Source: a virus (Duplodnaviria > Caudoviricetes). From it: a DNA stretch of 64,000 bases. A program made the position numbers and the translations under genes. Numbering within the stretch: the first letter of the stretch is position 1; each line of letters begins with the position of its first letter. The notes below the pieces were generated by a model. The model saw only the letters and a program-made list of their open reading frames with translations. It was not told where the DNA came from and searched no databases. Location of the stretch: positions 28,970 through 92,969 of the IMG/VR virus record IMGVR_UViG_3300028914_000066, one strand, 5' to 3'. Of this stretch, positions 40,001-48,344 are shown one piece after another.

Positions 40001-43000
40001 TTGAAGATAGACTTAATAATTTTACAGTTATTAATGGAGATTGGAAGAAAATTAATGATCCTGAAGTAATGAAAGCTCTTAAAGATGATCCTGAGCTTCA
40101 TACTAAATATTTAACTTTACTTCTTGATGCACATAGATTAATTCGTGCTTATACAAATGATACTTATGATTTCCGTAAAATTACAGGAAATAATAATACT
40201 TTTGTAAAAGAAAATATAGCACAAATTAATGAAGACATTGCTAAACTTAATTCTTCAGACCTTCTTAATGAAGCTGAAAAATCTTATGTTGAAGAATATC
40301 TTACTAAATTAAGTCATAATCCTGCTATTAGAGAAGGAGTTACTAGTTTATTAGATAGTTATCATGCAACTACTTGGTTTACTTCTCAAATAGCTGATTT
40401 TCAGGATACTCATAATCCTGCTTTACAAGTTATTCAAACAACTGTAATGCAGAATATTAGAGGTGCTGATTTACAAGCTGATCATGAAATTGAAATTTTC
40501 CATAAAACTTGGCAAGATATAATTAATAGAGCTAAAGCCGCTGGTAGACCTATAAATATGAAACATATTATAGATGAAACTGGTAGAAGAATTAGAGATT
40601 ATAATTCTGAATTTGAAGCTGATTTAAAAATGTTTGATAAAACTACTCAAGCTTTACAGTTAGAGTATGAAAAATGGGATGAAATTTATAGTAAAAATCC
40701 TACTCCTGAAAATAAATTAGCTAGATATAAAGCTCATAAGAATTATCTTGATAAAGAATTAGAGTTTGATAAATGGAAACTTAAGAATATTAATCAAGCA
40801 ATGAAAGATGAATATATTCAAAAAGAAATTCAACTTAATGAATATATGCTTGAAAATTATTCTGACATATTTGTTGAATATGAGATTCTTAGAGCAGAAA
40901 GAAATAAATTATATAATATAGTTAATGTAAATGTTCCTGATGAAAATAGTGTCAGATTAGAACAAGTAGAAAGAGCTATTAATGATTTAACTAACTATTG
41001 GGATAGAGCTGCAAGACAAGAAAAAGAAGAAATTCCTTTTGAAACTCAACCTAGAAAAGGTAATGATATTAACACTCATGAGTATAATATTGAATTAGTT
41101 TCAAGTGCTAATGCTCTTAGAGGTTATATATCAAATCTTAAAGAATGGAAAGAAACTGTTTATACTAGAGAAGAAAAAGAGAATTTTAGAGAAAATCTTG
41201 ATAAAAATCTTCAAATTATAGCTGAAGCTGAAAGCCCACAACAAGCTACTGATGGTCATTGGTATATTCCTTCTCAAAAAGTATTAATGGATAGTAATGA
41301 AAATTATCGTAATGCTAAACTTTGGTTATATAGAAATGCTACATTCTATTTTGGTAGTCTTTACGATAATAAAGAATATACTAAAAAAGACTTTATAGCT
41401 AAACTTAATGAGGTTTATGATAAAGGTCTTAAAATGGACTTTAGAGAGCAACTTGAAGCTGATCCTAATATATCTGAAGAAAATAAACAAAAACTTATAG
41501 ATGAATATAATTTAAGAATTAGAGCTGCTATATCATATTTTAGAAATTATGATATTAAAGGTTTTGACGTAACTCCTCCTAAATTCTATAAAGAACTTGC
41601 TAAGAAAAGAAACGCTTATGACGAATATGGAGTTATTGATGGTCGTAAGTTTACTGAAGCTGACATTGATAATATTAAAGATAGTGAATTAAGAAGATTA
41701 CAAAGAGAAAAGAGTAGTACACTTTCAGAAAAAAGTATTATACATTTTAATCCTAAAGCGGAAGATAATACTGTTTATAATAAAGATTTTTATGCAGGTA
41801 TGACATTACCTGGCGCAGTAAATCAAGATTATGAAAGAGTTGTAAAAGCTATAAATAATTTCTTAATTCATGGTATTAATGAAGAAGGAATATTTGATGC
41901 TTCTATATTAAGTCTTGAAGATCTTAAAGGTGTTCTTTCAATTCTTCAAACATATTTCGGATATGATCCTGTAGAACAAGAGTTTGATTATAGAAAAGCT
42001 GTTAAAAAATATCTTGATGATGATATAATTGAACATTTAAATCTTACAGAAGATGAACTTGATGAAAGAAGAGAACAAATTAAGAAATTTATTGAGGATA
42101 ATGTAGATTTTGAAAGAAATCAAGATGAATTTGAAGCAGCTAAAGCTAGAATATCAGATAGAAGTGAAGAATATAAAAGACTTTGGAATAAAGTATTTGC
42201 TGAATACGATGAAGATAATCATGATTATAATTTAGCAAGTCATTTATTCTTTGGTTATGCTAAACCTAAAGAAAGTGTAAAAGATCAATTTGTTGATAAA
42301 GAAAAGACTTCTGCTTTAAGAATATTAGATAAAGCTTTTGATATTCAGTATACTAAATATTATTATGATGCTAGAAGAGAAGCTTCAAATAAAGGTACAA
42401 AATATTTTAGAGAATGGTTTGAAAAGAATCATATTTATAACACTTACAAACATAGATTTGAACCGTTAGCAATATGGACTACAACTAAAACTATTACTGA
42501 TGTTCTTCCTGGTGAATGGCGACCTACTTATAATCAAGAAAATAGTACTATTTCAGAAAAAGTTGTTAATCCTAACTATAAGAAAGATTTAAGTAGAGAA
42601 TCTAATTTTAAAACTAAAGAGCAAAATAAGAAAATAAGAAATAATTATAAAGAGCCTTATGTTAATAATCCTCCTATAGTATTTAATGATATTGATGTAT
42701 TTACTAAGAAAAAAGATTTCTTTGATAAATCAAATCTTATTCCTTCTGTAAATTATTTTACAACTGAAGAAAAATATTATAATAAGGGTTTTGAACTAAC
42801 TCCTGAAGAACAAGAACTTAAGGATTATATTGATAAGACTCTTACCTATTATTCTAGAAATAAAAAATCTAATCGTTATATTAATGATGGTTGGATGCCT
42901 GCTAGAGCTAAAGCTAGTAGTAAATCTTTAACTGATCCTTCATTTTGGCTTAATGAATTAATTAAAAGTCTTGGATTTATTACAGGTTATCAAGGTAATG

Positions 43001-45192
43001 AAGATTGGCAAAAATATGTTGAATACGATACTGATTATATTCCTGATATGCCTATGTTACATAGACTTAAATCAGTAGATAGTACTAAACAATCTGAAAT
43101 TCCTGCTATACCTGAAAGAAAAGACGGAGAATCAATTGATGATTATAATAAAAGAGTAGAAGATTATAGAAAACTTAGAGAAGAACAAGAAGCTAATGAT
43201 TTAAAAGTTCATCAAGAGTTATTAGATAATAATTGGGAAGATGTAATTGCAGAATTTATTAAGAAAGCTACTCATTATAATGCAGTACAAGAAAATAAAC
43301 TTATGCTTTATTTTGGTCAAGAACTTCTTGAAAATTATGGTACTTATGAAGAAGAAAGAAAACAACAAGGTGTTGGTAAATATTTAGGAAGAAGAAATGG
43401 TACTTATCATAAAGTTCAAGATACTAAACTTCAAGAACAATATGCAAACTGGATTAGAAGAATAGTATTTGATCAATTTAAGAAACCTCAAGGTTGGAGA
43501 ACTAGAGCATTACAAATGATGCAAAGTTTAACTTCAACTCAATATATGACTCTTAATATTAGAGCTGGTGTTTCTAACGTAACTGTCGGTGAAAGTAATA
43601 TTGTTGCAGAAGCTTTTGCAAAAGAATACTTTGATACAAAAACTTATCTTAGAGGTAAAACAATTTATATCACAGGTATTGGAGATTATCTTTCTCATAT
43701 GTATGATGATTATGCAAGTAGTAAAGTTGGTGCAATAATTAAAACAATGAATATCATTGACTTTACAGAACTTACAGGTCAAGTTAGAGAACTTAGTGCT
43801 GAAGAATTCAGTAGACGTCTTAGAGATGCAGGTTTTAGTCCATTAAGTATGGGTGAACATTATATGCAAAATAGTGGCATGATTAGCATGATGTTATCTC
43901 ATAGAATAGTTATTGATGCTGATGGTGATTATCGTATAATGAATGAAAATGAATTTAATGAAGAAGTCGCTAATATAGTATTTAATGAAATGGCTACTGA
44001 AGAAGAAAAAGCTCAATATAAAGCCGATCTTGAAGAAATTAAGAATGATCCTAATAAAGCTAAAGATTATGCTCAATTTAGAAGAAATCTTGTTACTGAG
44101 TCTGTAAAGAAATTTAGTAAAGAACGTAAAAAAGAATTTGGTGAAAAAACTCAAAATTTAAGAAAATCTAGAAAAGAACAATTTGAAAATAATCCAACTG
44201 TATGGGACAATCTTGATAGAGGTGAAAATGGTAGAATGGTATTTGCTGAAGGTTCTATACTTAAAACTCTTAATGATAAGTATTTTGAAGATAAGGCTAA
44301 AGGTAATACTAAACTTAATATATCTCCTGCTTATGAATTAATGGGAAGATTTCAAGGTAGAGTTATAGATGTTAATAAGAAAATTCATGGTTGGTATGAT
44401 AAATATAGTGCTGCTAAAATTGAATCTGGTTTATTTGGTGGACTTCTTATGCAATATCATAAACATTTATATCCTGGAATACTTAAAAGATATAGACCTG
44501 AAGCTTATTATAATGAATCAAGAGGAACTGTAGAAAAAGGTTATTATGTAAGTCTTATAGATTTCTTAAAACTTAATATTGAAAATGTTAAACAAGATCC
44601 TAAATATACTAATGAACAAAAATCATTACTTGAAGGATTACAAAATCTATTTGGATTTATAGTAGACTTTATTGGATATTGGAATATTACTAAAAATATG
44701 CTTCCTGAATATGAACAAGCAAATCTTAGACGAAATTGGGGTGATTTAGCTGGTATGGTAGTTGCAGTTTGTCTTGCTTTATTAGCTTGTTATGGATTTG
44801 ACGATGATGACGATGATGCTTTTATGCCTAACTTTGTACTTTATCAAGCTGATAGACTTGCATCAGAAACATTTATGTGGAATCCGATAGGTGCTATGCC
44901 TGAATTTAAGAAACTATATGCTAATCCTATTGCATTTAGTAGTAACTTAAGTGATGGAATGGAAACTTTAGAAGTTATTTGTGGAATGTTATTTGGTGGA
45001 GAAGATTATAATCCTAGATTTACTACTGGAAGATATGCTGGAAGAAATAAACTTGGAGTATATGCTGAAAGAAGAATACCTTATTGGAGAAATATACGTT
45101 CTATAATGGATATTTCAATAAATAATAGATATTATAAATTAGGTGGTAATATTCTTAGTCTTATTCCTTTAGACAATGATAAAATAAAATAA
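34018..45192 (+). CDS. Virion-packaged DNA-dependent RNA polymerase (crAss-like, double-psi-beta-barrel), main part
   Basis: 3724 aa. Catalytic loop GSDFDID at 36709-36723, GYRIPTEGKQS, DAQSY and QIKNAE motifs. Confidence 0.9.
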   Translation: MDTLKQDSFKVFAINEKAIKRPSQTEHYITFEVDDEGTKYTVVVEGKYDTENKIFTRNTENYLTIIKEDEENLLDLANRVKELIANDIINRRHITIGGNTWYNGQFLTKTVNKDHAIYKQMRNAFLQEAQNAGTAIKFMFDTANGSITPSNLITNKKSKFYNNYHYKKEAIVDGKLTGQVFTSDRFTLTDDKGNLVNYMTKKFEVDGKVYQVINDDVIDISKPNATFNPYSINFLYGGADSYLHLDSEGNAKLTAKQEEALDYALTQYILDYVEDSKKRLLPYTDLIHSASMTSDDNIAEYALNYHMMYINSCDLFDGDSKFYKDTQDIFKRLKETQAGGLSYAIYDITKPKLKDSAEKQLIEGAYLNSNEIQNKLKKYGVSYFLNDCKQYSSFVGVTITNKKVTNARDNKIIGNKLAEALRMSKDLTEDQIKEKVAKMMSGYTDITTDDAQSYITLEEWIRRLAARGQLDENMPLIQKLLDKNSPLTDKDLDTFVQVQKNFYYDLHLDEDAGIIVPRQIKNAEYVLVPRFIEGTQLQTLYDNMIEAGTDQLNTEETSKAGKSKIVDVWTKDKTGIRKNLVEAFGENKQQYDYNYLYTQQETPQHMDESNKAGVQIVKKLIDNIQDITPEYKETDEWKNLSDEVKQNKIKLYNDKQKFLDNFSENIKASFTDLMKDLIKDVKSNMKNGNLVIDGEVVKGVDYMNLLERLESELLRLNADSNSLDYVTLIDDAFEIVSKDENTLGIITKMPTIFPSIKTKLEHAAQAIFNNNITKQLLPGFHAAQVTSAGFASLNFENPKYIKSKKLNYHISEDGFVNYIEVLIPASAFGLSLDDSKYKDGEEMRQALQDAGLDQFIGYRIPTEGKQSVCIMKVVGILDNSQGSTIVVPDGWVAQTGSDFDIDSIYTILYESVVDREGDIHKYHSEENNKSQRNNNIVDALLSILNNPLTLEEGLSQSKTTDITDELKDLVKGSYIDNERKNRSSFNVLDQIEFQTEGLQGKDLKAFSVNRDGFNSICNVAKPTLNRPIKVVYTLNEDQYKLAVKTFGKDNVEDLDGEGHYEVTHTTWGWTNTFRNIKGDLLLPYSSETTAHMLDAVKIGHIPNVNTETFKVYKTFVDIGSDYSTALVFIMQPAIGRFIDKYNRKKSIYSEDLTDPMKQTYIDIAKQLGVETKQKNKKEIKQGIAAVLANEIETIYNILDYDILKERFYNNSPVSEESAKHLAIDYLILDKYEELSDIASEAENYSMVLRPDKFGAKESIWKTKKVFKDIYNILDKEKHLFTVNDKNLLEAIYPGIDNGFNSYLQDTKDNESVYKPLQYFLKYGTATSIAINKLLFPTESVEFENFVESLSDYLTVRSLPEDVYKSFTNYILQGIYNNIKSISFPVDYIKNKGFKPRDVKSTEDRLKVQEAEKQRIFGYQHIFNTRNNPSNFKVVDIARPTQEEINKFSAFSPAEKVKWVKDNFADGLICKYLEPRTYINSVYGEKYQACQTITFNEDNIGSEVVYDEFDKTFNNTNPFLAMTALDLIKYAFVVEGYQTRKHSINRVIKNSVLINDNNNYGLNIIEDLKNEFNKFVINLKDNETRNLIREDFIRSHTELESVPKLRLNKDNYKDFIKNNNVQNTGVIKLSLEQAEVINEDTQNNKEDEQYQNFLNKLKPYIIIQGYEGGKLKSILYKTVNEYNNVIYLYPLSKLQNNETGDISWYDENNKLDDNVYQPQSYYLEVIEKDYNGDSNLPKTQRNLTTFDNNAVILDSKEEELGDIKKLKNSIANNENNYFVYKANDIDYLDKKLPYVKEKYIPLKVNNKDYRVERFIMSKGLFDFTTKEGLRKVYNSAKRKYDYSQKNDSNPISKEDALRKTLNQYVAYSRLAKELQDVIFDKINLWINTHASNNFNNFVAPNKLFGNLFIVQKVEVKQADVEESLTYATKQNIKYARTSRNPLAEKFSKGIKQAGVNIHENDLNSSDDEKVKNTIGNHLEDIASLNRIFVKNEVNDIEDRLNNFTVINGDWKKINDPEVMKALKDDPELHTKYLTLLLDAHRLIRAYTNDTYDFRKITGNNNTFVKENIAQINEDIAKLNSSDLLNEAEKSYVEEYLTKLSHNPAIREGVTSLLDSYHATTWFTSQIADFQDTHNPALQVIQTTVMQNIRGADLQADHEIEIFHKTWQDIINRAKAAGRPINMKHIIDETGRRIRDYNSEFEADLKMFDKTTQALQLEYEKWDEIYSKNPTPENKLARYKAHKNYLDKELEFDKWKLKNINQAMKDEYIQKEIQLNEYMLENYSDIFVEYEILRAERNKLYNIVNVNVPDENSVRLEQVERAINDLTNYWDRAARQEKEEIPFETQPRKGNDINTHEYNIELVSSANALRGYISNLKEWKETVYTREEKENFRENLDKNLQIIAEAESPQQATDGHWYIPSQKVLMDSNENYRNAKLWLYRNATFYFGSLYDNKEYTKKDFIAKLNEVYDKGLKMDFREQLEADPNISEENKQKLIDEYNLRIRAAISYFRNYDIKGFDVTPPKFYKELAKKRNAYDEYGVIDGRKFTEADIDNIKDSELRRLQREKSSTLSEKSIIHFNPKAEDNTVYNKDFYAGMTLPGAVNQDYERVVKAINNFLIHGINEEGIFDASILSLEDLKGVLSILQTYFGYDPVEQEFDYRKAVKKYLDDDIIEHLNLTEDELDERREQIKKFIEDNVDFERNQDEFEAAKARISDRSEEYKRLWNKVFAEYDEDNHDYNLASHLFFGYAKPKESVKDQFVDKEKTSALRILDKAFDIQYTKYYYDARREASNKGTKYFREWFEKNHIYNTYKHRFEPLAIWTTTKTITDVLPGEWRPTYNQENSTISEKVVNPNYKKDLSRESNFKTKEQNKKIRNNYKEPYVNNPPIVFNDIDVFTKKKDFFDKSNLIPSVNYFTTEEKYYNKGFELTPEEQELKDYIDKTLTYYSRNKKSNRYINDGWMPARAKASSKSLTDPSFWLNELIKSLGFITGYQGNEDWQKYVEYDTDYIPDMPMLHRLKSVDSTKQSEIPAIPERKDGESIDDYNKRVEDYRKLREEQEANDLKVHQELLDNNWEDVIAEFIKKATHYNAVQENKLMLYFGQELLENYGTYEEERKQQGVGKYLGRRNGTYHKVQDTKLQEQYANWIRRIVFDQFKKPQGWRTRALQMMQSLTSTQYMTLNIRAGVSNVTVGESNIVAEAFAKEYFDTKTYLRGKTIYITGIGDYLSHMYDDYASSKVGAIIKTMNIIDFTELTGQVRELSAEEFSRRLRDAGFSPLSMGEHYMQNSGMISMMLSHRIVIDADGDYRIMNENEFNEEVANIVFNEMATEEEKAQYKADLEEIKNDPNKAKDYAQFRRNLVTESVKKFSKERKKEFGEKTQNLRKSRKEQFENNPTVWDNLDRGENGRMVFAEGSILKTLNDKYFEDKAKGNTKLNISPAYELMGRFQGRVIDVNKKIHGWYDKYSAAKIESGLFGGLLMQYHKHLYPGILKRYRPEAYYNESRGTVEKGYYVSLIDFLKLNIENVKQDPKYTNEQKSLLEGLQNLFGFIVDFIGYWNITKNMLPEYEQANLRRNWGDLAGMVVAVCLALLACYGFDDDDDDAFMPNFVLYQADRLASETFMWNPIGAMPEFKKLYANPIAFSSNLSDGMETLEVICGMLFGGEDYNPRFTTGRYAGRNKLGVYAERRIPYWRNIRSIMDISINNRYYKLGGNILSLIPLDNDKIK
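34715..34734 (+). repeat. Dispersed motif copy 9 (G-orientation)
   Basis: atttcctttacgggggtgct; encodes FLYGGA. Confidence 0.85.
37645..37665 (-). repeat. Dispersed motif copy 10 (C-orientation)
   Basis: aactcccccgtaagcgaagag; encodes NSPVSEE. Confidence 0.75.
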
Positions 45193-45201
45193 CAATAAAA
45201 C

Positions 45202-45222
45202 AACTCCCACGTAAGAAGAGAA
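45202..45222 (-). repeat. Dispersed motif copy 11 (C-orientation, one core mismatch)
   Basis: aactcccacgtaagaagagaa, overlapping the terminator. Confidence 0.6.
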
Positions 45223-45249
45223 GTAGCTATTACAGTTACTTCTCTTTTT
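45216..45249 (+). terminator. Intrinsic terminator of the + strand block
   Basis: Stem aagagaagtagct / agttacttctctt followed by a T-run, just after the RNAP stop. Confidence 0.7.
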
Positions 45250-45321
45250 CATTGTGTAACCATGTGTTACAACAAAGTTTTTAAAAAATATATTCTAACT
45301 AGTGCTATTTTCTACATTTCA

Positions 45322-45343
45322 ATTTCCTTTTACAGGGGTGCTT
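45322..45343 (+). repeat. Dispersed motif copy 12 (G-orientation)
   Basis: atttccttttacaggggtgctt, intergenic. Confidence 0.9.
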
Positions 45344-45487
45344 TAGTTCACTAAGTACATTGTTCACCTAAGCATAGAAAATTGATTGTAGGGCAGGAAA
45401 CTAGCCAAATTTGCCAAATATCAGCTGTTATATACTCCAGACTGACGAGTAAATTGACTATCTATTATCTTTATTATCATCTTTATA

Positions 45488-45526
45488 TATAAAATAAATA
45501 CTGCCACTTTCACAAGCAGCAGTATT
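45488..45526 (-). terminator. Intrinsic terminator of the - strand block
   Basis: Minus strand reads aatactgctgctt-GTGA-aagtggcagtatt (GNRA loop; G-U pairs only on this strand) followed by tattttata. Confidence 0.75.
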
Positions 45527-45596
45527 CGGATTATCATATGTCAAAATTAAAAGGACACTTACAAGTATTACTACTTGTTTATCAAAATGGAAAATG

Positions 45597-45890
45597 TTAT
45601 TTAAAATGTATATCTATCCATCTAAGAACTACAACAGTAGGCATACTACCAGTATATTTATATTTTAAATTTTCACCATCAAACAAAAGAATAGTAGGAA
45701 AATCTCTAATTTGAAATTTTCTACAATATTCTTCTGTTTCTTTTGTATCTTTAAGCATATCTACTCTTTTATATTCAATATCTTTGTGGGACATATGAAT
45801 AGCTTCAAGAGTATTACTATGCATTATATTACAACCTTGACAACCTGCTGTAGTAAGTAATACTATAGTATATTTATGTTGTTCAGCCAT
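45597..45890 (-). CDS. Thioredoxin
   Basis: CQGC redox motif and cis-Pro loop IRDFPTILLF. Confidence 0.85.
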   Translation of the reverse strand: MAEQHKYTIVLLTTAGCQGCNIMHSNTLEAIHMSHKDIEYKRVDMLKDTKETEEYCRKFQIRDFPTILLFDGENLKYKYTGSMPTVVVLRWIDIHFK

Positions 45891-45895
45891 AATTA

Positions 45896-46189
45896 TTATT
45901 CTTTTGTTTTATTATCTTCCTTTTTAGCATTAGGATCAAATTCTGCTTTTTCATAATAATCAGAAACTAATGAACCTTTTACTATATTGTTTAAACAATA
46001 TATGTCATTATCTTCTAACATTTGTTCAACAGCATTTTGTACTAAAGGAAGTAAATTTACTGTTAAATGCTCATCTTCACTAGCATGTATAAAATTTTCA
46101 TCTGCACAAACATATAATTCTCTTGCTAGATTTCCAGCTGCAACTATATGTTTATGTAATTCAACTATTTTATTTTGAATTTCAGTCAT
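45896..46189 (-). CDS. Hypothetical protein
   Basis: 97 aa, tightly packed in the operon. Confidence 0.65.
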   Translation of the reverse strand: MTEIQNKIVELHKHIVAAGNLARELYVCADENFIHASEDEHLTVNLLPLVQNAVEQMLEDNDIYCLNNIVKGSLVSDYYEKAEFDPNAKKEDNKTKE

Positions 46190-46195
46190 AATATA

Positions 46196-46732
46196 TTAAT
46201 TTCCTGTTGAACCATGACCACCTGTACCTCTTTCTGTTTCTGAAAGTTCTTCAGCCTCTTCAAATTCAATAAGAGGATAAGGCATAATTATAATTTGAGC
46301 AATTCTATCACCAATTTTATAAGGTTCTTTACCTAATTCAGGATGATCATTTCTATCCTTATAAGTAATCATTACTTCTCCGCGATATCCACTATCAATA
46401 ACTCCTACATGATTAGTCATATAGCAATTAGTTTTGCGATTTGAACTACGAGGAAATATAAGACCTACATAACCATAAGGAATCTCCATAGCAAGTCCTG
46501 TTCCATAAACATAATTGTTGTTTTCTTGATCAAAACTACAACTAGTTGCAACTAAATCCATACCTGCATCTCCAGGTTTTGCATATTTAGGAACAATAGC
46601 TTCTGGAATAAGTTTTTTAATTCTTACTTTAAGAGGCTTTCTTATAAACTCTACTTCAAATAAACTTTGATTTTTACCTTCAGAGTCTTTATTTACTCTT
46701 TCTTCAAGGATTTTAATAGTTTCTTTTCTCAT
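46196..46732 (-). CDS. dut: dUTPase (trimeric)
   Basis: Motifs AGMDL, PRSS, GVIDSGYRGE, RIAQ, RGTGGHGSTG. Likely start ATG 46732 (the track gives a TTG at 46780). Confidence 0.95.
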   Translation of the reverse strand: MRKETIKILEERVNKDSEGKNQSLFEVEFIRKPLKVRIKKLIPEAIVPKYAKPGDAGMDLVATSCSFDQENNNYVYGTGLAMEIPYGYVGLIFPRSSNRKTNCYMTNHVGVIDSGYRGEVMITYKDRNDHPELGKEPYKIGDRIAQIIIMPYPLIEFEEAEELSETERGTGGHGSTGN

Positions 46733-46755
46733 ATCTTTAATATTAAACTTTGCTA

Positions 46756-46763
46756 CAAATATA
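46756..46763 (-). promoter_or_regulatory. Bacteroidota -7 element TATATTTG upstream of dut
   Basis: caaatata on + strand; no well-spaced -33 element. Confidence 0.4.
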
Positions 46764-46804
46764 TTATAAAGTTCTGTCAAAAACTACAATTTTAACACTT
46801 TTAA

Positions 46805-47275
46805 CTATCTTATACATTTATCGTATAATGCAACACCAACATAAGTTATTTCAGGTGCATATTCAGTTTTTATAGTAAGAACTTCTGTATTTTTAAAATA
46901 AAGAACATATTGTAGTTCCTTTTTATTTAATACTTTAAAATATACAAGTGTACCATGTATCTTTTTATCTTCCTTAATCATACAAATATCAGCAAGTTTG
47001 CTATAATCCCAATCTTTAATATCTTCAAAGAAAAGACGTTTCTTTCTTGCATCTTTAATAGTTAAATTAGGTTGATTTCTTTCTACATATTGTTCACAGT
47101 CAGATTTATACATACTAGAATATTTGACAAGTTTTCTATCTTCATCAAATACACACCATAAATCAGAACCTACTTTATAAGGTTTTACAATTAAATTCAT
47201 AATATCTACATTGTTAGCATCATTTCCTTTTACGGGGGAGGTTGAATTAACTCCCCTGTAAAAGAAGAATGACAT
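46805..47275 (-). CDS. Hypothetical protein
   Basis: Track ORF 46805..47293. ATG at 47275 abuts the upstream stop. Confidence 0.6.
   Translation of the reverse strand: MSFFFYRGVNSTSPVKGNDANNVDIMNLIVKPYKVGSDLWCVFDEDRKLVKYSSMYKSDCEQYVERNQPNLTIKDARKKRLFFEDIKDWDYSKLADICMIKEDKKIHGTLVYFKVLNKKELQYVLYFKNTEVLTIKTEYAPEITYVGVALYDKCIR
47222..47270. repeat. Dispersed motif copies 13 and 14 as a close inverted pair
   Basis: atttccttttacgggggag-gttgaattaa-ctcccctgtaaaagaagaat. Confidence 0.9.
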
Positions 47276-47276
47276 A

Positions 47277-48344
47277 TTAAACAGCTTCAGCATAATTAAG
47301 CATTAAATCAAATGCTTTTGTAACTGCATTGTTACCACTACCCCAAAGTAAACTTTCAGTTCTCTTTTGACCTTCCATTTCTAATACATTAGAATAGTAT
47401 CCAGTAACAGCATTATATACACCCCAGCCTGTACCTTTAATTTCCTTTTGTGCTATACCATTGTAATAGTAATCAAACATTGTTGCAAGTTGATTAGCTT
47501 TTCTCATTGATATTTCACATCTGTCAAGAGTCATATAATCTCTATTAAAAAGTAATTCAAGACCTTTAGTAGGATTATAGTTTATTACTTTTGCATATTC
47601 TTCTTCAGTAAGTTGAAGTCTAGCAAAATAATCCATAGCTTGTAAATCATCCATTTTAAAGAACTCTAAAGACCTATAAAGATCCTGAACATTATTAGCC
47701 ATTTCACAAGCAATTCTTAATACTTCAGCACCTTTATCAAGACGTTCTTTAACAGTCTTTGTATGACGAATACGAATATGAGCAAAAGCTGATTGTCTAC
47801 CAGCAGCTAACATATTAGTACACATAACACGAAGAGGAGTAAACATAATATCTACAGCACCACTTCCATCATGAGCATTACTAAATACAAGATAATTATC
47901 AATTTTATCTCCATTTACAGTAGTTTCAATAGGAAGTTTTGCAGTAACATATACTTTTTGTCCAAAACCTAAACTACCAGCTGCTAAATAAATAGCTTTA
48001 TCTTCTCCAATTGCATCATCAAAGAAATTAAAAGCATCTAAATTTTGTACAACTTCATATTTAGATTTAACAAGACCAAGAGGTACATTTATATCAGTTC
48101 TATAAGTTGCAAAGGCATTATCTAATCCTCTATAAATATAACCATTTCTTGAAAATTCATTATGATTTTCGTCAATAATATTATTTCCATAAATACCAAA
48201 TGGCATTTTGGCAACTAATTCACACTTCTTAACTTGCCAATCAAGACCAGCTTTTTCCATTACCTCATGAGATGTAGTACAGCCTTTTACATCTTTAGTA
48301 AAACCATTAGACCATGGCACACCTCTAACTATATATTTACTCAT
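47277..48344 (-). CDS. DUF932/DUF945-family protein
   Basis: AGLDWQV, LGLVKSKYEVVQN, NAHDGSG, RVMCTN and GTGWGVYNAVT motifs. Confidence 0.85.
   Translation of the reverse strand: MSKYIVRGVPWSNGFTKDVKGCTTSHEVMEKAGLDWQVKKCELVAKMPFGIYGNNIIDENHNEFSRNGYIYRGLDNAFATYRTDINVPLGLVKSKYEVVQNLDAFNFFDDAIGEDKAIYLAAGSLGFGQKVYVTAKLPIETTVNGDKIDNYLVFSNAHDGSGAVDIMFTPLRVMCTNMLAAGRQSAFAHIRIRHTKTVKERLDKGAEVLRIACEMANNVQDLYRSLEFFKMDDLQAMDYFARLQLTEEEYAKVINYNPTKGLELLFNRDYMTLDRCEISMRKANQLATMFDYYYNGIAQKEIKGTGWGVYNAVTGYYSNVLEMEGQKRTESLLWGSGNNAVTKAFDLMLNYAEAV

Noticed and set aside
2302-44154. Minus-strand track ORFs within the + strand block (e.g. 2302, 6334, 12426, 27139, 43534) and + ORF 10366
   Set aside because: They lie inside long genes with clear motifs and have the I/F/S-rich composition of antisense or off-frame shadows.
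421-44745. Other G4 runs (e.g. near 425, 7067, 25476, 25587, 37217, 44738)
   Set aside because: Explained by Trp-Gly codons (TGG GGN) and lacking the TTTTAC flank of the motif.
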